Source: Macrostomum lignano (lineage: Eukaryota). From it: a stretch of 64,000 nt of DNA. Made by a program: the position numbers and the translations under genes. Numbering within the stretch: position 1 is the first letter of the stretch; each line of letters opens with the position of its first letter. The stretch lies in the NCBI GenBank assembly GCA_002269645.1, contig NIVC01000206.1, positions 434,001 to 498,000 of the forward strand. The letters are read 5' to 3'. Shown here one piece after another: positions 56,557-64,000 of this stretch. Under the pieces are notes generated by a model, which saw only the letters and a list, made by a program, of their open reading frames with translations, made no database searches and was not told the origin of the DNA.

Positions 56557-57829
56557 AAAACTGCACTATGCTGCATTATCTGCCTTGACTCTAGCCATAA
56601 TGTAACTCTAGAAAATAAATTCCAAAACTATGACTAATAGTTGGATGCCTTTTGTCCACTTATTTCAATAAAGTATCTTTAGAATACATTAAATTATTAA
56701 TATCATATAACCAATAAAATCTTAGTAATAATTACAATAATATAAATTAATATATAATAAAATAATTCTATTGAATTAAAGTTTGAGGTAAGCATTGATT
56801 TTATTCACATATAGTGCAACCTTGGGTCCTTAGGAATCCCTTGGCCATTTTTATTGGCAATGCACATATACATGTAAGTCATTAGTCACTATTGACTACA
56901 AGCAGTCATATGGCTATTATTCTGTCTCATAGTTTGGATTATCTTATATCTAAAGCTGAGTGGATCGATCGATTGACCGGCCGGGTTTAATGCGTATCTC
57001 CTCCTAGACGGCTGGCAACTCAAATGCGAGACTTATATATGTCAATGCAGAATTTTCCTACGCAACAAATAGGCTATTTTAATGTTGAAATTTCCAAAAT
57101 TAAGTCAGTTAAAAAAGCAAAAAACTGTTTTCTTAACCTTCTTTGGCCACTTTGCCTCTCCAGTGGAGGGGTAGTGGCATAATTGTAAAAACAACCACCC
57201 CAACCTCCTCCCGCGGGTCGCTGTGTTTTGGAGGGGTGGGTGACGCGTGTTCTGGGTTCAATGCTAATAAAACCCCCGCGTGTTGGGGGTGAAGTAAAAT
57301 TTAATGATTCCCCCGGCCCAGAATAGGGGGGTTGGTTTGGGCTGAGTGTACATAGAAATGTACTGTGTAAACAGATAGATAAGGACTGTGTCGAGATTCA
57401 ATTGGTTTTATTATCGGCGTCTTTTAAAAGACTGTGTATTTAGCTGGGCAGCTAAATTCAATGAATAAACTTGCCAGCCTCTTACTAGCAGGCAGTGAAT
57501 GTACAGTCGATACTTCGATGCTTTAAATCGGGAAGTTCAAACGCTAACTGTTCCTTGAGTTTTAAGCTTTGAGAGGAGAGAATTTATATTGCTGGAAAGA
57601 TCTTGCAACGCTGAGTTTGGGGATATAAGTTATTTGCTTTAAATATGAAAACAAAAAGCACAGCATTGAAAAAACGATTTCCATACTTTTAAACTTTCTG
57701 CCAAGATTGTACTTGGAGGGGGTTGCGTACAGAAATTCAAGCTAGCTGTCATTTGAGTAATTTCAGTAATGGAGGAGGCGGGTGACAAATTTCAATTGGT
57801 TTGATTATCGGTGCTTTCAGTCCGTCAGA

Positions 57830-58330
57830 TAAGAGAGTAGAGAGAAGAGAGATTTCAAGAAGAGAGGATAGAAAGATGATAGAAAAGACAGTAGATATGA
57901 GAGCTAAGAGATTAAAGACGAGTCGACAACAGAGGGGAGAGAAGAGGGGAGTGAGGCAGAAATGATGAAGAGGGAAAGTGAAGAGAAGAGAATGTAGAGG
58001 GAAGAAAGGAGGGGAGAGGAAAAATGAGAGAGCAAAGGAGGGAGGAGAGAGGAGGGATAAGAGAGTACAGAGGAGATAGAAGAGAGAGGAGAGATGAGAC
58101 AGGAGATGGTAGAGAGGAGAGGGGAAAGATGAGAGAATAGAGATGAGAAAATAGAGAGCGCAAAGAGGAGAGATGAGAGATGGGAAATGATTGATAAGAA
58201 AGTAAGAGTAGAGATGAGAGAGGAGATGAGAGCAGAGAGAAGAGATTAGATAAAGGAGCAAAGAGGAGAGAGGAGACAGGAGAGAGTCTCAGTCTGGACC
58301 ATGTCAGTCAATTTTTGCAAACAGGGAAAA
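57830..58330. repeat. GA-rich dispersed repeat; second copy at ~60950-61545
   Basis: Both purine tracts end in gagtctcagtctgga...gtcaatttttgcaaacagg. Confidence 0.75.
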
Positions 58331-58719
58331 CATGCTATGATATTTCAGAGGTTTTATGGAGGATTTTGAAGATTTTTTGACGTATACCCAAACAAGTAAA
58401 AAGCATATTTTTATAGACTTCAGTTTCATAGTCTTAAGCACAGATACTATAAACACTAGATAGGCCACTCCAGCTAATTTTCACAACACGACAGTTTACT
58501 CTACTTTCTGCTTAGTAGTAGTAAAAACATTTTAGCGTTATTTATATTTTTAAAAAATAAAAAAACAGATGAATGCAATGCAGCAATTGTATTGATTTAT
58601 TTGCAAAAAGAAACTTATAATTATACTTTCCACAATTCAAAGCAACATTGTGAATGCTTTAGATTGCATAGAAGGCTATATTATTGCAGTCTACTATTGT
58701 ATATTTAGCAAATACGAGC

Positions 58720-60290
58720 TATATCATATACTCCATAATCCATATTCGTGTAGCAAAATAGAAAGATTTCTCATCTTAATCAGCTCATCTGTTTGTGAAA
58801 CTCGCAGCGTGCTGTTGAAGAACAGGGTCGCCAGTCGCCCTTGTTCAGAGGCAGCATTCAGAACGGCCCAACAGATGAAAAAAAACTGGCGAATGCGCCA
58901 CTTCAAGGTCCAGGGATGTATCCGATGGAGAGCCAATCCTCAGTGGTTTCGTAACAGGCAGCCGATAAGCAGCAGGACTTTTGTGGTGCAGCTGCAATGA
59001 GCTGCTGATGAGATGACATCCTTTGACCAGAGCACCCCTGACTGCGAGCGCCCTGCCGCCCAGTCGACCGCTGGAAGCTGCGCTAGCCACGCCTCCACAG
59101 TCCATGGATGCACGACTGCGCTGCACTTGCCTTGACCATCGAATGTTGCCGCTGCAGCCGCTTGATTTGCCTGTCGCTTTCGGGATTGCCGCTGCAGCCG
59201 CTTGATTTGCCTGTCGTTTTCGGGATTGCCGCTGCAGCCGCTTGATTTGCCTGTCGCTTTCGGGATTGCCGCTGCAGCCGCTTGATTTGCCTGTCGTTTT
59301 CGGGATTGCCGCTGCAGCCGCTTGATTTGCCTGTCGCTTTCGGGATTGCCGCTGCAGCCGCTTGATTTGCCTGTCGTTTTCGGGATTGCCGCTGCAGCCG
59401 CTTGATTTGCCTGTCGCTTTCGGGATTGCCGCTGCAGCCGCTTGATTTGCCTGTCGTTTTCGGGATTGCCGCTGCAGCCGCTTGATTTGCCTGTCGCTTT
59501 CGGGATTGCCGCTGCAGCCGCTTGATTTGCCTGTCGCTTTCGGGATTGCCGCTGCAGCCGCTTGATTTGCCTGTCGTTTTCGGGATTGCCGCTGCAGCCG
59601 CTTGATTTGCCTGTCGCTTTCGGGATTGCCGCTGCAGCCGCTTGATTTGCCTGTCGCTTTCGGGATTGCCGCTGCAGCCGCTTGATTCGCCTGTCACTTT
59701 CGGCCTCGGGATCGTTGCTGCAGCCGCTTGATCGTTGCCTCTAGCGCTTGGAACCCGCGAATCGGCTGCAGAGGTGAGAGCTTTCAGCCGCAACAGCTGT
59801 TCTCGGCGCAGAATCTGGTAGCCGAAGGTTGCTCTGCCACAGCACTGGCAGCAGGCAAGTCGCAGGCTCGGCTGCAGATAGATTGCTAATTGGCCCCAGC
59901 ACTGGAGGGTACATGTCGTCTGCCTCTTCATCGTTTATCAGTCCTTTGCACAGAGGGTAGCTGGTCTATTTGAACGAGCCGAGGCAGCATCAACTCTTGG
60001 TGTGGGATTGCGTCCCAGCGAAAACAGATGTCTTGCACATCCGTGGCACTTTGTAAGGCAGCAGTAGGCCTCGTCCATAAAGTGCAAGCTGAACACACGG
60101 AGGCCCCGTGATTTAATTGTTTATAAAGGTCAATATCCACGCTCCTGCAGTAGCTGCTGCCAGCGCTTCGCCAGTGTCATCTTTTGGTAATTTATGCATT
60201 CGCAACGGATTTTTCTTTCTCGGATGTTAATAGCACTAGTACAAAGCTCGTGCAAGTGGGAGCACAGCAGTGGTTCGAATCAAAACATTT
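58720..60290 (-). pseudogene. THAP-domain P-type transposase relic
   Basis: Frame-broken fragments NHCCAPTC, MHKLPKD, LAKRW, VCS/LHF (THAP), then LHHKSPAAYRL and RLATLFF, resembling P/THAP9 transposase N-terminal motifs. Confidence 0.6.
59150..59690. repeat. 40-bp minisatellite, ~13.5 near-identical copies, inside the P transposase relic
   Basis: gcagccgcttgatttgcctgtcg(c/t)tttcgggattgccgct; period 40 (59161, 59201, 59241). Confidence 0.96.
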
Positions 60291-62199
60291 CTCGAGTACA
60301 AGATTAGATAGAAAAGCTAGTATGCACTCGAACTTTCTTTAACTCTGACTCTTGTCCTGTTCATCTATATAAGCTTGTATTTAAGCACGATTCGCCACCC
60401 CCAAATTTTCTAACCCACAACCTCTCAACCCCCACCCCTAACCCAGGCTAGCTATGTGCAGTCCTTTATTTTCTATCCCACCACCAGTGGGCCTAAATTA
60501 TCGATCCACTCACCCTGCCTTATACGAAACTGATATTAACCCTATTCCAGACTACCCCCTTCCTCCACTTTGAAAGATAGCGGCATTGCACACTGTCTGT
60601 CGCGTCTTAATGTACACCATTACTGCACAAAACAAGTTAGTTGTTTATGGCGTTAGCAAAACGATGTCTTAAAAACAGTCACTCGATTTGTCTAATTTAG
60701 CAAATAATACTGTTGCTTCCTTTCATTGCTACTAAGCAGAAAGTAGAATAAAAAACTTGCCCAGAAAATTAGCCTGAGTGGCCTATCTAGTGTTTATAGT
60801 ATCTGTGGTCTTAAGTGACTGAAATTTGATAGAGATAATATTTTTTAAATTGATGGATTGTAGCTTGAAGGAGATGATACACGCTGGATTGCAGTTTAAC
60901 GGAGAGGATTTTGATGATATCTGTTTCATAGAGAGGATGAAATGGCTAAATGAAAGGGAATAGAGAAAAGAGAAAAGGAAAGAGTGGATAAAATATTAGA
61001 TAAAAGAGAAAATGAAAAGAGAGAATTAAAAGGGACAGATTAAAGAAAAGAAAAAGAGAATAAAGACAAGAGAAGAGATGAGGGAATTGAGAGGAGAGAG
61101 GAGAGGGGGTAAGAGAGGAGGAAGAGGAGACAGGAGGGAGTAGAGCCGAAAGACGAGAGAGAAGAGATAAATGAGTAGAGATGAGGGGAGGGAGAGGAGA
61201 GAGAAGCGAGAGGATAAGGAGAGAGGAGAGGGGAGAAAGTAGAGAGATGAGAGAGCAGAGAGGAGATAAAGGAGAGGAGAGAGAAGAGATAAAAGAGGAG
61301 AGAGGAAAAAGTAGTGATGAGAAAGAAGAGAGTATAGATATGAGAGCGCAGAAAGGAGAGATAAGAGAGTAGAGATGAGAGATGAGAGATGAGATGAGAA
61401 ATGATAGATAAATGAGAAGATGAGAGCAGAGAGGAGAGAGGAGAGATTAGAGATAAGAAAGCAAAGAGGAGAGAGGGACAGACAAGAGTCTCAGTCTGGA
61501 CAATGGCAGGCAGTCAATTTTTGCAAACAGGTAAAACAATATGGTTTTTGGGAGGTTAATAGAGGATTTGGAAAGGATTTGGATAATGGGATTCGTGTCA
61601 TTGGATTCAGCTGATGGATTTCAGGGAATGAAATTCTGGCGATGGGAGTTCTATCCCCTTACTCCGCCAACGGAGGAGTTGGCCTCGTATATTTATATAT
61701 GCAAGGTCTAATATTAGAAAAAATTCAAGACTTCATTTGTATGCTGGAACTAAAAAATGTGTCATTAATATAATGTTTCCACTGAGTCATATATGCTGAG
61801 ATATATGTTAATGCATATTGAAAAATGTCAAGTAATCTTGTTGTATACTAGGAAATCCTAGCATATGTTACCTTCCAAACTATAGATTCTATCCAATAGC
61901 AACTTACATATGCATGTTGCCAATAGAAATTGCTACTAGGTAAATCCCTAGGTTCTGCTCAAGCATGATCTTGTTAGTTAAGGTTGCCATCTAGAATGAC
62001 AGGCAATATCAATCTATATAAAGCATGAATTGGAAAACTCTAGTCTGCCTCTTTCTGACCCTTGGGTTCCTTGAAACTATCTTTATCTTCTCTCTTTCTT
62101 TTTCTTATCATTCTTCTCTTTCCTTTTTCCTTTCTTCTTTTCTCACTGCAATTTCTCACTTTTCTTTCCATTTTCATCTCTCATAAAAACCTAAAAATG

Positions 62200-62590
62200 C
62201 AAAAATGGCAAAAAAATACACTACTTTTTTACTAAGTAAATCTTCCATAGTACTCCATAAAGGAATAATAGGAAAGCAAAAAGAGAGGGGAGAGTGATAA
62301 TCATTCTTCTCTTTTCTTGCCCCTTTTGCTTTCTCTCCTCTGAACTCCTCTAACTCTTATTTATTTAGAGTAGTATAGAGAATTTAGTAAAAAAATATAC
62401 ATATTCCACTATTTTAGCTGTTTTTGCACTTTTAGGTAGGAAGACTTAGATTTAAGAAATTTTTAGTTTGCCTAAAATATTCTCTATAGTGAGTTTAGGG
62501 AAAGGTGCAAAATTTTGTATCATTTGGTTGAGTTGTTTAGGAGTCTATGGCAAATAAGTTTGTATATAGATAGATAGATAGATATATACA
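62200..62590 (-). repeat. Helitron/Helentron-associated (DINE-1/HINE-like) repeat; related copy at ~19790-19910
   Basis: On the minus strand a (tcta)n microsatellite is followed by ctcctaaacaactcaaccaaatgatacaaaattttg...aaatttcttaaatctaagtc, shared with the 19.8-kb copy. Family assignment from recalled motif only; outer boundary approximate. Confidence 0.4.
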
Positions 62591-64000
62591 GAGTTTTCAT
62601 TTCTATGGTTTGAGCAAATTAATTATAAACACTAGCCTATGCAAGCAATCACTTAATAATAGGCCTAATAAGGCTAATATAGTAATACTAAGCCTAATAA
62701 TAGATTTGAAAGATTGAAATCAAATAATTATCCAGAATACAGAAATTCAAAATTCAAGATTATATAGACCTTATTATTTTTCCTTCTTTTAGTAATAAAA
62801 AACTTACTTATATTGTATAATCACAGCAGATGGAGCTCTATTTAGGTCATGTCTATACCTAGGATATTTGAATAAATTCTACAAATATGTGGGTCACATT
62901 AATGGTAAAGTCTAAAAGGTAGTAAGTTGATTAACTGAAAATTGATTCAATAAAAACAGAGCAAAAATTTGACTCAGTTTACTCTCATGGCTTAAGAGTC
63001 ATCTCAGTCTAACTTTTAATTTTAAGTTATGTTAAGTTAATACCATCAGTATGACTTTTTCTCTAGGAATTGGCTTCAATATATTATAGTGCCTTAGCCA
63101 ATGTGGGTTGTTATGCTTGTTTTTAGAATTTAGATCTTATTTTTTAATTAATCAAGGTCTTTTCATCAAAATAGTATATTTTTTATTTCAAAAAATCTGT
63201 TTTTTGTTTTTTACCTATTAAACTGCATGCATAACTTTAAAATTTGCTGCTATCAATCAGCTAGTCTAATACTAAAACTGTCATGGACCTAAAAGTTAGT
63301 ATATTTGAATCTAGGGCTGAAAGGTCACCAACTGACTTCTTTATTACTGATTTAAACAGTGTGACCATGGATACAACACTAAATAAAGTTTTTGATCTTT
63401 GTTGGAACAAGCAGTCGAATGTGAATTTCAATTGGACTGCATCTCATGTTGGTAAGTTGTCAAAATATCTTATATAAATATATACTAGTATCAGTAAATC
63501 ATTTTTCAAATGTATTTATTTTCAAGTCAATGCCAAAAAAGAAACCCTTTCTATGGAGAATGGGTTAGAAAGAGTTATTGATATAGCCTAATGCAGTAAG
63601 AAAATCGTCTCCTATGTCAATCCTGACAATTCCACTGGCGCCTGAGCACATACAAGCCTGTATGCAGATATGCACTCGTACACACGCTTACACAGGGTGG
63701 GTGTATAGCAGCCCTTTGACTTTCCAATCGTTCGGCACCTAGGCCTACAAGTTCCTCTGGCAGCATTGCACGCCTCTCCTTGTGTGCCTTCATTTCTTCC
63801 TTCCTCTGTTGGTTAATGTCTCCATTTATAGTTTCTCCTCATGTCTCTTTAGGCTTTATTCACCATCCATCTATTCAAAAGAACTCCAAGGTATTCCTAG
63901 AATACCCTAGCCAAGGATTACATAGGTGGATGGGAAACTACATTTCTTGAAAAATTCTAAAAATGCATGGTGCAGGTCAACTCATTGGTTTTATAAATCT

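Larger units (their letters stand above)
58439..60807 (-). mobile_element. P-superfamily DNA transposon, internally deleted/decayed
   Basis: Perfect 32-bp TIR cacagatactataaacactagataggccactc (58439-58470 / 60776-60807) with further imperfect extension. Exact 8-bp TSD GTCTTAAG (58431-58438, 60808-60815). CA...TG ends. Confidence 0.85.

Overview
Eukaryotic (metazoan invertebrate-like) genomic window with GT-AG introns, Q/P/A-rich coding exons and a very high load of tandem repeats and transposons. The style resembles repeat-rich flatworm genomes such as Macrostomum, but the species cannot be established from the sequence. Genes reconstructed by hand: (1) the 3' part of a poly(C)-binding KH protein gene (PCBP/mub, + strand, 1-7358); (2) a two-exon CD225/dispanin membrane protein gene (- strand, 12286-13576) that the ORF track only shows in pieces; (3) a divergent SEPT6-group septin (+, 21854-27941) with an 8-bp frameshifting insertion in the P-loop codons; (4) CNOT9/RQCD1 (+, 30049-32581); (5) two intronless histone H3 genes arranged tail-to-tail, an H3.3-type gene (-, 40192-40602) and an N-tail variant (+, 38346-38756). 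The H3 pair is the strongest signal: 27 differences in 78 nt of tail (12 codons differing only silently) against 2 differences in 305 nt of core, including a 254-nt perfect match. This suggests domain-restricted gene conversion preserving a new H3 tail variant. Mobile DNA includes a 6.25-kb Sola2-type element with intact transposase ORF, TIRs and TSD, a dead mariner nested in a MITE, a P-superfamily relic, several 8-9-bp-TSD MITEs, Ty3/Gypsy remnants and a tRNA-CORE SINE. Unexplained structures: interleaved inverted repeats (A-B-A'-B') at 36.5-36.8 kb, two 28S-rRNA-like fragments covering the R2/I-PpoI site, a foldback element with convergent tRNA-like Pol III units, and a 59-bp hairpin-monomer array. 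Most long ORFs in the track are repeat artefacts. All alignments were done by eye and reference motifs are recalled from memory; no database searches were run.
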